Assembly (NCBI GenBank): GCA_951406725.2 | Contig: OX597815.1 | Coordinates: forward strand, 27,776,001-27,840,000 | Direction of reading: 5' to 3' | Source of the DNA: Octopus vulgaris | Taxonomy: Eukaryota | DNA length: 64,000 nucleotides | In this document: positions 25,831 through 39,060 of the stretch, piece by piece | How positions within the stretch are numbered: position 1 is the first letter of the stretch | How the letters are laid out: each line of letters opens with the position of its first letter | Made by a program: the position numbers and the translations under genes | The notes under the pieces: generated by a model | What the model was told of the DNA's origin: nothing | The model's input: only the letters and a program-made list of their open reading frames with translations | Database searches by the model: none

Positions 25831-26485
25831 TCTTAATGTGAATAGTAAATGGTGAAAGAACGAATTGAATATTTTAGCTTTCTGAATTGAAATTAAGTTG
25901 TTCTAACAAGCTACAAGTTGACATTTTACTAATAAATCTCCTAATGAGTTTGGTCATAACAAGACAATAATATGCATGATATGGACAAAAAATAATTAAA
26001 AGAAAATTCTAATTTAGACACGGGGCCAGAAGTTTTGAGGGGTGGAGCTACTTGATTACATTGACTCTTAAGAACTTCACTGATATTTTATTTTATTAAC
26101 TTCAGGGTTGATGAAAGGCAAGACAGACCTCTGTGGGATTTGAACATATGATGTAAATTTGCAGAACAAATATCACAAGACATTTTTTCTGACACTTTCA
26201 CATTTCTACCAATCCACAGGCCTAACAATAACAACAACAGCAATAGTAGCAGCAGCAGCTGTAATAACAACAATAACAGCAATAATAGAGGTGTTGAAAT
26301 AAGGATGATGATGAATGATGAGATTAATACTTCTTTTTGCAAGTCTGTTACATTTTAAAAAAAGCAGTTAAACTCAATATAATTTTGTAAATTACACTTT
26401 TTTCATAATTTATAAAACAATAATTCCAATATTTTACATGAATAAGGCCAAGAAAATTTTTTTTACAATAAATAACAGTAATCGT

Positions 26486-26894
26486 AGGCGTAGGAGTGGC
26501 TGTGTGGAAAGTAGCTTGCTTACCAACCACATGGTTCCGGGTTCAGTCCCACTGCGTGGCACCTTGGGCAAGTGTCTTCTACTATAGCCTTGGGCCGACC
26601 AGAGTCTTGTGAATGGATTTGGTAGATGGAAACTGAAAGAAGCCTGTCATATATATGTATACATATATATATGTATGTGTGTGTGTATATGTTTGTGTGT
26701 CTGTGTTTGTCACCCCAGCATCACTTGACAACCGATGCTGGTGTGTTTACGTCCCTGTAACTTAGTGGTTCGGCAAAAGAGACTGATAGAATAAGTACTA
26801 GGCTTACAAAGAATAAGTCCTGGGGTCGATTTGCTCGACTAAAGGCGGTGCTCCAGCATGGCCACAGTCAAATGACTGAAGCAAGTAAAAGAGT
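26486..26894 (+). mobile_element. SINE family A
   Basis: Full-length match. Confidence 0.9.
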
Positions 26895-27533
26895 AATCCA
26901 AAGAAGGATTTTGACAGTACAGAAGATATTGAACCCATCAAATCATTGTTAATTTTGATTTCTCTTCAAAAACAATTACTTCATCATCATCATTTAATGC
27001 CTGTTTTCCATGCTGGCATGGGTTGGCTGGCTTGACAGGAACTGGCAAGGCTAGGGGACACACCAAGTTCCATAGTCTATTTTGGTTTGATTTTTCTGCC
27101 AACCATTTTACAGAGTGTATCAGGTGCATTCTACATGGCACCATCACCAGTGCTTTTTTGTGGCACCAGCACCCACACCAATGCTTTTTACATAACACTT
27201 TGGTTTTAGGATCTCAATTTTGACAACTTTTCTCTACTGTTCTTGCCCCTGGGCTGTCTTTCCTGCTTCTGTCCTGTTGGATCCTTGCTTTTTGAGCTCT
27301 ACCCCAGAATCCTGCCTTCCTGAGAGAAGGCTTTCCTCTTCCAGGTCTTATTGGTTTTGTAACTCAATACTTCTGTAACTTTACTTTTTTTCAAGATAAG
27401 GGTGCCAGCCCTACACAAACCCATTTTTACCTCTGGGAAGAGATGGTCCATATTGGTCTGGCCTCATAGGCAACCTTTTCAGGAGTTTGCATTCAACTAG
27501 CATAGCTCTCAGGGCCATTAAGATAGACAAGCC

Positions 27534-27724
27534 TATTTCTTTATTACTCACAAGGGGCTAAACATAGAGGGGACAAACAAGGACAGACATAGGTATTAAG
27601 TCGACCCCGAAAGGATGAAAGGTAAAGTCAACCTCGGCGGAATTTGAACTCACAACGTAACGGCAGACGAAATACCGCTAAGCATTTCACCCGACATGCT
27701 AACGTTTCTGCCAGCTTGCCGCCT
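27534..27724 (-). mobile_element. SINE family C with 15-bp TSD
   Basis: TSD taagatagacaagcc (27519-27533) / taagatagacaaacc (27725-27739). Confidence 0.85.
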
Positions 27725-29349
27725 TAAGATAGACAAACCACTATACTGCAACACTGGACCTTGTAGTAGTAGTTGTCTTGTATATCAAAGATTTCCTGGG
27801 GGAAGGGAGCATGGTTTTATGGCTGCATTGCCCCTCATATATTACTGGTATCACTGACACTAATTCAAGAGGTTATCTGTAATTGGACCAAAATATTCTT
27901 TCTAGACTGTAATAGCTTTCATTCGGGGTTAATGCTCTTCTAGATGGATTGTCTGAACTGTGGATTGCTGTGCCTATGTCTTCATTCATTCTGACTTTGG
28001 GCTGGATTTTACAGCTAGATGTCTTTTCTCTCACCAACCACATAACAATATGGACTGGGTACTTTTTATTGTGCCATGGTGCTAGAGAAGTTTCTATGAT
28101 AGTACTAAAGAGCCCCTCTATCTATGCCGCAGTAATGGCTAGTGAAGCCATTACCTCTCACATTTTAAGCATATCATCAACACTACAAGTGAAAGACCAT
28201 GTTTTCTCATCATACAGAGAGATATTGGGCTACTTTGGAGCTTACAGAGGCAAGAATGGTAATCTGGATCAAGACGAAAGTGTTCCCTCTAATGGGTCAC
28301 TTTTTTTGCATGATTCATAGAATCAACATCTCTTTTGATGTACAGGGGTTGGAAAGGCCTAGGCTTATAACAACAATTTCAGCAGGGTTGGTTGGGATAT
28401 CTTCAGTTGCCATATATATATATACATATATATGAAAGGATATTATTAATTAATATCCTAGAAACAGCTGTAAGACCTTCTATCTATAAATGCTCTAATA
28501 TCTACACACTCTTGGGTTTTTTATCTTATTACGCAAAAAATGCATATATACAAACGCTGACATAGAACCAACGTTGAACCCTTTATTTGCAATATTACCG
28601 AATCTGGAACTTAACTATGGTCTGTCTATAGCACTTATTCAGCATTACCTGACACCTTTGGATCTCAATGACACCATTATCTCTTATATATATATATCAT
28701 CATCATCATTTAATATCCATTTTTCAAGCTGACATAGGTTGAATGGTTTGATAGGCTCTGACAAGCTGCAAGGCCATGTAAAGCTTTAAACATCAGCCTT
28801 GATATGGTTTCTATGGCTGGATGTTGTTCCTAACACCCCTTTACACAGTGTACAGGGTGCTTTTTTTGTGCTGTTGACAGTAGTGTGAACTTGGAAGACA
28901 GAAAAAGAACAAAGAAAAGAGAAAAAATTCCCATAACTAAGTGGGGAGTATCTAAGAAGGAAGACAGAGGTGGGCAGCTTTATACCAGGTGTTGAAAGGG
29001 TAAAGTATGATAGTAGGACAAGTGCAGGTGTCGTGCTGTAGAGGAAATACATGGTTGAAAGAGATAAAAGAAGGCAGTAGTGGAGTGCTAAAGCAAACTC
29101 TGAAAGCACAAGAAGGTGAGCATAAGAGAGGATACAGACAGTGGGCCATGAGACGAGATGAGTGAGAAGATAGTTTCATAAAAGGGTGAGGGTGAGTTAC
29201 AGATGGTTAAAAATGGTGATAGAGGTTACTTTTGTGAGTGATGAAGAAGGATGCAAGTGTGGTTGAAAAGAAATACCAGTATGGAGAGGGGTAAGGTGAG
29301 AGATATAGGAGTGGCTCAGGAAGGGAAATGGATCAGAAAGTAAAGAGTA

Positions 29350-29682
29350 AGAGTAAAGACCCCTTTCAGTCATGAATGACTATGGGACTGCACCTAGAAA
29401 GTTCCTCTCCAAGGCACAAGCCTGGGCAAAGTTGTTTATGGAAGACCAGTAGTTACCCATGCATGCCAGCCTCATCTCTCCATGCCACTGATGTTACCCA
29501 AGGGAAAAGCAAAGGCTGACACAGCTTGGCACCAGTGACATTGCAACTCATTTCTACAGCTGAGTGAACATGAAATAAAATGTCTTGTCCAAGAACACCA
29601 CACACAGTCCAGTCCAGGAATAGAACTTACTACCTCGTGATTGTGAGCCTGACACTCTAACCACTAAGCCATGCACCCTCAC
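29350..29682 (-). mobile_element. tRNA-derived SINE related to family D, with a different tail
   Basis: Minus-strand head gggtgcatggcttagtggttagagtgtcag...tgtggtgttcttggacaagacatttt, similar to family D. Confidence 0.6.
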
Positions 29683-30335
29683 AGATCAGGAAGTAGTGGT
29701 ATGGTATGCAAGATATAGGATCAGAAGAGAGGGGGAAATATAAATGTACATAAGGGCTATAGTAAGTAGGGCATGATGATAGAGATTTGATGGCATTAAG
29801 AATAATGGCAAATAAAAGAGGTGTTAATAACAGAATAGTGGAGAGGAAAAAGCTATGGCTGAAGGCACAGTAAGAGGGTGATTGGTAAAAATAGTGTAGG
29901 TAGGGATGATAACGTAGAATAAAAGTGGCCCCTGTGAAGTGGGGAGAGAAGTGGTAACAGAAGGTGGGTGGGGTTGTACCATGCCAATTCTGCCCTTAGA
30001 TGATTACAGCAGCCAAGAAATACCATAGATAGGGGAGTGGTAGGTAGGTGTTAGTGGATGACAAAGTCGATTGAAAGAGAGAACGAGAGAGAGAGAGAGA
30101 GTGAGGAATGGAGTACTCCCATCCTCATGTACAAGCATACCAAGTGGTTTTAGGATTACATCTTTGCTACGATGGACAGTTTTCTTGAGTACAGCAAGTA
30201 ACCAGTTGTCTCAGTCCTGTCATCTCCTCTATAAGGCTCAGCATCTTTAGATCTGCCTTCAACACTTTGCCTTGTCTTCTTGGGCCTCTCTCTTCCACAA
30301 CTTCCCTCCACTTTGAGCAATCAGCACTTCTTTAT

Positions 30336-30563
30336 ATTTCTTTACTGCCCACAAGGGGCTAAACATAGAGGGGACAAACAAGGACAGAGGGATAGAGTCG
30401 ATTACATCGACCCCAGTGCGAAACTGGTACTTTATTTATTGACCCCGAAAGGATGAAAGGCAAAGTCGTCCTCGGTGAAATTTGAACTCAGAACATAACG
30501 ACAGACGAAATACCGCTAAGCATTTCGTCCGGCACGCTAACATTTCTGCCAGCTCGCCACCTT
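30336..30563 (-). mobile_element. SINE family C (full length), fused to tRNA-Asp
   Basis: Minus strand aaggtggcgagctggcagaaatgttagc...agccccttgtgggcagtaaagaaat. Confidence 0.9.
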
Positions 30564-30638
30564 TGGCACCCCGGCGGGGAATCGAACCCTGGTCGCCCGC
30601 GTGACAGGCGGGGATACTTACCACTATACTACCGAGGA
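30564..30638 (-). tRNA. tRNA-Asp(GTC) processed pseudogene with encoded 3' CCA
   Basis: Minus strand TCCTCGGTAGTATAGTGGTAAGTATCCCCGCCTGTCACGCGGGCGACCAGGGTTCGATTCCCCGCCGGGGTG-CCA (75 nt) is the canonical animal tRNA-Asp, anticodon GTC. It has mismatches at acceptor pair 1:72 and in the T stem, and no oligo-T terminator follows. Confidence 0.9.
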
Positions 30639-31409
30639 GCACTTTATGCAACTGTCCTCATCTACATGCATCACATGATCAGTCTCATAATCTACCTTTC
30701 ATTTGGAGAGAGAGAGAGAGAGAGAGACCTTTTGTTGCCAACAGAGGTAATAGCTCCTGAAATTTCTTCATCCTATTCTTATTCTAACAACTACACTTTC
30801 AAAAAAACCTTCTCCCCTTCTTATTAGCTCACTAAGTGACTGAAACTATCTACTATCTCTAGGGAGCCTCCAGGACATTTGAGAGAATTAAATTCTGGTG
30901 TATACTTGGTCAGTATGTGCATCTTCCATATATAAGCACTACTTCTGCTGTTCTTAGTTAATGCAAACAGTAAAGTTACAACAGAAATAGACCAGGGTTT
31001 TCTTATACTGTTGTATCAATAATTTGTTTATGCTGAGTTTTAATGCTTCACTATTAATTCATAATAGTGTTAACTGTTCAATCAAACAGGTCAGGGGATT
31101 GCCACCTTATTTATTCATTTCCTGTTTGACATAGTTTCTATAGCTGGATGTCTTTCTTAGCATTGACCACAATTACTTTCATAATCTGGTCCAGCAGTCT
31201 GATGTCTCTGTGTTTGTTTACTTTTAGAGCATTTCCTTTGCTATTTTAGCAATTAAAGGTGATACTTCTAATGCTAATCATTGGAAATGTTCATGGAAGT
31301 ATAATATCCGACTGATTAAGCAAGTGATTAAGTATCCTATTTTGCCAGGTTTATCAGTGAGTTATTGGTAAAAGACCAGCAGTTTCTTATCCATAATCAC
31401 ATGCTGAAC

Positions 31410-31482
<73 letters not shown>

Positions 31483-31485
<3 letters not shown>

Positions 31486-31742
31486 TCATCATCATCATCA
31501 TTGTTTAACGTCCGCTTTCCATGCTAGCATGGGTTGGACGGTTCAACTGGGGTCTGGGAAGCCCGAAGGCTGCACCAGGCCAGTCAGATCTGGCAGTGTT
31601 TCTACAGCTGGATGCCCTTCCTAACGCCAACCACTCCGAGAGTGTAGTTGGTGATTTTATGTGCCACCGACACAGGTGCCAGACGAGGCTGGCGAACGGC
31701 CACACTCGGATGGTGTTTTTTATGTGCCACCGACACAGGTGC
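31483..31742 (-). mobile_element. SINE-like family B next to (TA)n 31416-31482
   Basis: Family B body with (CAT)n. Confidence 0.85.
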
Positions 31743-31995
31743 AAACTTCTCAATAGCTGGTCACTCTGTTAGGTCTATTTGGAGTAGACCCTCTTTCTTT
31801 CTCATTCAGCAACCTTATAGTTATTTCCAGGACCTTTTTTCTTAGTTTTAATGAAGGCAAGTTTGTTGCTATTAATCCACACGTATTTTCCTCCCAAAAT
31901 GTCTTTACATTGATTTACTGCCTTACAGTCTGAACTACCTCATACTTCTCATCCTTTCATTGTAAAATACTGGCTATCATCTTGCTACATGTTGC

Positions 31996-32413
31996 GGATC
32001 TTTTCGGTTTGAACGGCAGTTTTTTCTAGCGGCGTCATATGAAATTGTCACCCGTAATTATGACCCTAGTATCGATCTATTGCATTTCAATCTGTTTTAG
32101 GGTTAGGGTTAGGGGTGGGGGGAAGGGTATCTTTTTTTCTTCACAAATGTAAATAAACCCAACCTGTTTCTTAAACGAGGGACATATTCATACGGCACAG
32201 AATGTTTTCACCTCAATAGACGTCATTGATTGGTTGGAATTGCAGAAATTGAAGAAAAAAAAAACAACAAATATCTTACAAACTATAGAATTTTCTCAAT
32301 AAAGCCAAGAGAAAAAGATATTTTATAAACACATTCTACCAGTATACGAAGTTTAAAAGTGTTTAGTTACGTGGAAATTATTTTAAAAACTGCCGGTGAA
32401 ACCGAAAAGATCC
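31996..32413. mobile_element. MITE with 28-bp GG...CC TIRs and 8-bp TSD (Merlin-like), containing TTAGGG repeats
   Basis: TIRs ggatcttttcggtttgaacggcagtttt / aaaactgccggtgaaaccgaaaagatcc. Perfect TSD catgttgc at 31988-31995 and 32414-32421. Confidence 0.85.
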
Positions 32414-33075
32414 CATGTTGCTTCTAAACCTTCTACCTGATATCGTACCTTGCTTCTCATTGCCTATCGATCTTCCCAAGCCTACCATTTAGCTTTTATG
32501 GTTCTATCTAGTGTACCAGCGCTATGTCATTTTCAGCCTGGTTGGAGCAGTGTTCCATCCACTGATTTTGTTTATGGTTTGCATCAGGTGTCACATAGAA
32601 ACTCTTGGTTATCTTCTATCCTCTACCACCTCACCATACGCAGCTATTTTCGTTCACCACGCAACTATTTCGTCACCGAATATCTACGGAGTGGTGGGGT
32701 AGGGAGACGGAAAAGGGGAAAAGTCTTTTAGGGACTTAAAGAAAGATTGTATTCAATGTAATTTTCAGAAATTCAGAGAAGTTCGTGGTTTTCGGGGATA
32801 AATAATAAAGTCAAGGAAAAGTCACTGGAGAATCTCAATGTATTGATTTAATTATTTTATAACCTTGTTTTATGCCAGAAACTAAAGAAAACGTATTTTC
32901 CCCGCAACGATGTAATGTTTTCAATGAGTACAAATCATATAGTGTCCGTTGATAAGCTATCTCAGATATTTACTTACTGTAACTATTATTTCTAGTGTTT
33001 AAATGAAATATGACACGTTTTCCAAAATTATGACTTCTGTGACTCTATTTCCGTCTACACATAGACACGTGTATG

Positions 33076-33079
<4 letters not shown>

Positions 33080-33151
<72 letters not shown>

Positions 33152-33268
33152 TAGAGGAATGACCACTAATGACACTAATTTTGTATGTAAAATTTTTTAA
33201 TCTTCGGATTTAAAAAAAAATATGCTAGGCCACTGGTTTTAATTGATTAATATCAATTTGTACCCTTA

Positions 33269-33326
<58 letters not shown>

Positions 33327-33467
33327 GGGTACAAATTGATATTAATCAATTAAAACCAGTGGCCTAGAAAATAGTAAAGAGTGAAAAAACTACAGAATAT
33401 ATATATATAAATATATGAAATACACACAAATATATATATTTATATATATATTCATATACACACACAC

Positions 33468-33521
<54 letters not shown>
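33080..33521. repeat. (TA)n microsatellite cluster with an inverted repeat (33225-33367) centred on a (TA)n tract
   Basis: ctaggccactggttttaattgattaatatcaatttgtaccc and its reverse complement flank the (TA)n at ~33275-33317. Confidence 0.9.
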
Positions 33522-33526
<5 letters not shown>

Positions 33527-34013
33527 GAAAGAGAGAGATGTGTATATGTTTTGTTACTCTTCTATGACACAAAAAAAAGAAAAAGAAAAAAGAAACAAAA
33601 AAATATATTCCCTGGTACTCATTTAACCCATTTACATAGTGATTTGTTTGTTTGCTCGCTCGTTAAGCTTGTTTCGTTTCCAGTACAAGGGCACAGCTGA
33701 TGAATTGTATACTACACAAGATTCACTGGGTCATCTGATACATAAAATGTTGCAGTTAGTTCGCCAAGTTATCTCACAACCCGTTCAGCATCAGCTTTGC
33801 ATAGTCCTAACAGCTGACTAACTTGCTAGGGCGAGCTGAATATTTCGAAGTTGCGTTACGTCAAATAAAAGTGATCCGACAAGTTTCTTTTTCTTTTCTT
33901 TTCTCTTATTCACTTTTTATTCTTTTTTATCTTACACACAATTTATTTGTTTTACCTATTTTCACCATTCTTTTTACTTATTCTGTTATGTTGTTATTAT
34001 ACTCCTTTAGAAC

Positions 34014-34097
34014 TCAAGGTGGTTCTTCTTTGCAAACTATAATGGCACTGTTAAACTGGATCTCATAGCAAAGGAATTCATATCCATTTCTGTCAGT
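34014..34097 (-). CDS. Possible terminal exon (TDRNGYEFLCYEIQFNSAIIVCKEEPP*) for the 37265-37422 exon
   Basis: Acceptor ccccttcttttag, phase 0 compatible with the 37265 donor. Speculative. Confidence 0.2.
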   Translation of the reverse strand, partial: TDRNGYEFLCYEIQFNSAIIVCKEEPP

Positions 34098-34164
34098 CTA
34101 AAAGAAGGGGCGGAGATGAAACACATACACACGCACGCACACATATACACAAACATAGACACAT

Positions 34165-34201
<37 letters not shown>

Positions 34202-34557
34202 TGCACACATACACACACGCAAGCACACACATACATATACACGCATACAAGCAGTCAGTGTTGAGTAAATTAACGAAAGTAGAAAAGAAAATATTACAAA
34301 CCAAACAAATAGATACAGATTGAATATTGATTGGATCTTTTTTTTTTTTTTTTACATAGGTGCAACATCTGAGATTTAAAAGAAAAAGGTATTGACTTTC
34401 ATACTTTCCGAAAGATTCAATTACGTAACTCTGCTGTGACTGCCGTAATTTCAGGAAAGATATAAGAAGTAATTTATTTGAGATTCGACTTATGAAAAAA
34501 AAAATTTTTTTTAATCGAATATATATATAAAATCGAGCACACACACACACATATAAT

Positions 34558-34950
34558 ACATACATACACACAATACATATATACATACATGCATGCATAC
34601 GTACGTACGTACTTGCGTGCATGCATGCATACATACATACACACATGCATACATACATGCATACATACATACATACATACACATACACACATACATAATG
34701 CATACATACATACATACACACACACATACATACATACATGCATACATACATACATACGTACGTACGTACGTACGTACGTACATACATACATACATGCATA
34801 CATACATACATACATACATACATACATACATACATACATACATACATACATACATACATACATACATACATACATACATACATACATACATACATACATA
34901 CATACATACATGCATACATACATACATACATACATGCATGCATACATACA
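34558..34950. repeat. (CATA)n / (CGTA)n tetranucleotide microsatellite
   Basis: Direct reading. Confidence 0.95.
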
Positions 34951-35864
34951 TATCATCATAAAAATAAAATATGACTAGGGCTAAGTCTTGAAGTAAAAAT
35001 AGATAGTAAATAAGTAAATAAAAGTTGCACGAAAAGAAACTGTGAAGCTACGTTTCCGAGTTGGATTTTGAGTATTAACTTACAAAGGGCCTCGCTCGAA
35101 ACGGTAGTTTATCTTTCCTCACAACTCACCAACTTTTTTTTTTCTTTTACCGACTTGTTGGCGTCATCTTATTTGTTGGTTTTATTTTTGCACCTGATAA
35201 AAATACTAAGTTGTGTCTGTCAGGATTTATCTTTAGAAACAAGTGATTATGCTAGTCTTAGTTCTTATTGTTGGAGAATTGCCTACAACGTGAAATACTT
35301 AAATACCTCTATCTCGGCCCTTCTTTATCTAAATTAGCAACAGAAAAGTGACTTTCTAAACTTACCCATGTAATTCTTACATAAGTTTAAGGCATCAAGA
35401 TTTATCATTGACAAAAAAAATAATATTGATAGTTATGTCTTTCCCTAGAGCGTTTTATGCGGGAATTAAAAATATCCTTAACTGGGAATCGAACTCAAGG
35501 GATTTTAAAATTAAATAAACCGTATGGCGGCTAATGTTGGGAATATACTTTGTCACTTTTGGCTAATATCGGGTAATGTTACATAAATACAATATTTATG
35601 GTTGAACTGTTTTCCAATAATGAAATGAATACATCAAAGCAAATTTCTCTTTCGTTTATATGCTATCAATAACAATAATAGTATTTAACTATCAAGTAAT
35701 TACAGATGTGTATTTTTCTAGTTCGTAATCAAGGAAAGCAAATCCAGTAAGAGCAGAGTTATTTCCCTTTAGAGGAAGGACATACAAAAAGATAGAGAAA
35801 TACACTGCCAATTAATAGACTCGCAAGTAAAATCGTGTAGCTTATGATCTTCATAGGTTTTTTT

Positions 35865-36196
35865 TCTTTTACTTGTTTCAATCATTGGACTACAGCCATG
35901 ATGGAGACTGTCTTGAAGGATTTAGTTGTAGAAATCAACCCCACAGTACTTATTCAATTGGCTTCTTTTGTTGAATTATTAATTTATGGGGACATAAACA
36001 AACCAATACCAGTTGTCAAGAGGTAGTGGAAGACACACACACACATACAGTTTCTGTCTACCAAATTTATTTATAAGGCTGTGGTTGGCCAGGAGTTATA
36101 GTAGAGGACACTTGCCCAAGGTACCATGCAGTGAGACTGAACCAAAGATCACGTGGTTGGGAAGCAAGTTTCTCGACTGCATAACCACACCTGCAC
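35865..36196 (-). mobile_element. SINE family A, old diverged copy
   Basis: gacacttgcccaaggtaccatgcagtgagactgaacc and tttacttgtttcaatcatt match the family A reverse complement. Confidence 0.7.
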
Positions 36197-37264
36197 ACAG
36201 CCACAACTGCATGTAGCTACACTTGCACTTATACAATATCCTATAATACCTTTCCATGATACCTGTTTATAGTTATATGGACTACACCATTAAAAGTTAA
36301 ATATCTTTATTAGAATGCAGTGATATGATAGTCATGTTAAAACCAAATTTACACTCAGTCACATAAGAATAATTAATGTCACTTGGCTGCTTCACTCTTT
36401 CTACTTTGGTTTCTCACTATACATAGTTGAAATCTTAAATATAGTTTTTCTTGGATGGCATTATCCAAAGTGCTCATTTTTGAGATGGTAGGGTGTGGTC
36501 TGATGGAGATTTGGTTGCTATTTCTTGCAGTTCAAGTGACAACATAGAGGCTCCCTCAAGAGTAGGCAGAACTGATATCAGTGATATTCTGACATTGGTT
36601 CAGTGAATTGTATGCCTCAACAACTGAATTAAGTCAAAAGTCTAGTGAAGGTCAATTAGTATTTACATTGTATTGCCATTGGTTTATATTTGAGAGAAAA
36701 ATTAAAGGAGAAATTGAGTTCAAGAAGGATACTGTCCTGTAGAGAAAGAATTAGGAAAAATGTTTAGTTTAGGAGACATTGGGAAACAGATAAGTTTGAT
36801 GTTTAAACAGAAGAATCACTGACAGAACAGGCTGAGAGAAATAATGTGTAGAAGCTAAAGGCAATTTTTCAAGAAATTTATCATCTTCCTTGGCAATAGA
36901 ATCAGTATTGTTTATAGGTCAAGTGGTAGAAAATCCTTGACCTTTTTTCTCAGCCATTGGGTTGCAGTTGCTAGTTCAAATTCTCCATAAAACCTATTTC
37001 AGCATACATTATACACATATGGTTTCATTGGTTGGCTGCCATCCAAATTTCAGAAATTATTTTAACAATTAAAGACAAACTTTCGGGATTGTCTTAATAC
37101 TTAAAATATGTAGATTCATGTCAAGTATGTTGGTTTGTATAATGAATAAAAGTCTTCTTAGCTGATCTTAACTATTTATTGCAGGTTGAGTTAGGAGTTG
37201 AAAGTACAACTTACAACATGTACTGTAAGCTACTGTAGACCTCTATAAAGTTACTCTAACCTAC

Positions 37265-37422
37265 CTTTTCTTTATCTTTACATAAAATATCAAATTTAGT
37301 GATGTCTTCTTTAACAATTCTTTCATTTGCTTCTATGTTGTCTTTAAATTTAAGAACTGTAGTAGACTTTAAAAGACTGCAAAGCATGGGTAATTTGTTG
37401 ACCATATCTGATGACATGTTCT
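37265..37422 (-). CDS. Candidate exon of unidentified gene (..N-MSSDMVNKLPMLCSLLKSTTVLKFKDNIEANERIVKEDITKFDILCKDKEK)
   Basis: Long pyrimidine tract ending tttttcag and donor AAG|gtaggt. Open frame with ATG at 37417, phase-0 end. Unique sequence. Confidence 0.55.
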
Positions 37423-39060
37423 CTGAAAAAATAAACAAAAACACAAAATACAACAAATAAACATTGATATAATACAAGAATTAAAAATAAGCTTAATAAA
37501 ATTTTAAATAGATAATTTTAAATTATTAAAAAAAATATTTCATTTTCTTGATATTTTTTTCTTTTAAACATTTATAATACTATTTACTTTAGAATTAACA
37601 TTAGAAATAAAAGTACAAAAGAATAATGAAATGAGTGAATTACAGGATGTTAAGCGACAGGTATAACAGTAAAATTACCTAGTAGTAAGTTATTGTTTAC
37701 TTTGTTGGTATTGCTGCAGTCATGAGTGCACACGTACTACTTTAGGAAGGTCAGTAGACAATAGAATGGTACGATAACACACTGCTTAGTTGCATGTAGG
37801 AAACTGGGAAGTAACTGCAGTATTATTAATTAAATGCTCCTTAGTTCAGATTAGCAGTTAAACAATGATTTTTTTTTACAAATAACAAAACAAAAACAAA
37901 TAAACCAAAAAAACAAAGCAAAATACTTAATGTATAATTAACTGTGATAAGTTAAAGTCAGCAATATCTAAACAATTTAATTAATGGGATTCACAAAAAA
38001 AAAAAAAAATACACAGGTGTAACACAAACCAATGAGGAAGCCTCTATGTGGTCACTCAACCTAATAGAAAGAGCAGCTTAATCTCTCTCTTATCATATTT
38101 GAATATCTTTAAAAAAAAGAAGGAAAGCACATTGGATACTCTAGTTCTAGCTATAGTATGCTTAAAATTAACAATAGATGGGATGGCTATGTTTGGAATG
38201 TCTTTGATCAGAGCTGACTTTGACCTAAACGGCAATAACTGGTGTAACATAGATTATATGCATGCTGTGTTCTTATCATTTCATTGCAAGTAATAGTTAA
38301 AGTTTATTAATTGTTTTTGATGTGGTATTAGATAACCCTTGGAACCTCTGTTTGTGCTGACTCATGGCAAAAGAGGTTGAGCCAACTGAGCAAAGTAGTG
38401 AGTAGGTGCTTTTAGCCATTGTAAATTGTCCTAGGATTTAAAACAGAAATCATATATCTCATGTTTGAAGTGGGTAAGAAGTTTATTTAGAAGGGTTTAG
38501 CTGCTGTATGGAGCAGATCAAGTAACAAAGTAGAAGTGTTTTATTGCTGTCTCATGTTATCTAAGTGAATCAAGTTATATCATTATCTACAATGTGGAAT
38601 ATAAGAAAGAATTTTCAAGATCAATTGTTTCTATTGGCAACCAAATAATTTTCTTTATGAAGGATAATTTCATTCAAGGCAGATTGCCTGAAATTTGAGG
38701 ACAGGGAACATTCAATTACATTGAGGTCACTTCTTGACTTTTATTTATTTGACAAACCATGGAAGAATGAAAGCAAAGTTGATCTTAGCAGCATATGAAT
38801 TTGGAAGTAAATAGACATAACAAAATACTGCTTGACATCTTGTCTGATGTTCCAGTGATTCTGCAATCCACTGTTCTAGGACAGATAGATAATATACGTA
38901 CCAAAATGTATGACAGGCAAATCAAATGACTAAGTATTGTTTCAGTTAACTTTGATGATCTATTAACGATAAAGTGGGTGTTGTGGGCAAGGGAGAAAAC
39001 TGTGCAAATGTAAATATTTAAATTAGATTGATTAATGCTATGGATGACGGCATTGCATCT

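Noticed and set aside
30564-30638. Functional tRNA-Asp gene
   Set aside because: Encoded CCA, acceptor- and T-stem mismatches, no oligo-T terminator and a shared TSD with the SINE indicate a retrocopy.
34037-34978. Long ORFs on both strands (MYVC/HTYI repeats, up to 281 aa)
   Set aside because: Translations of a (CATA)n microsatellite.
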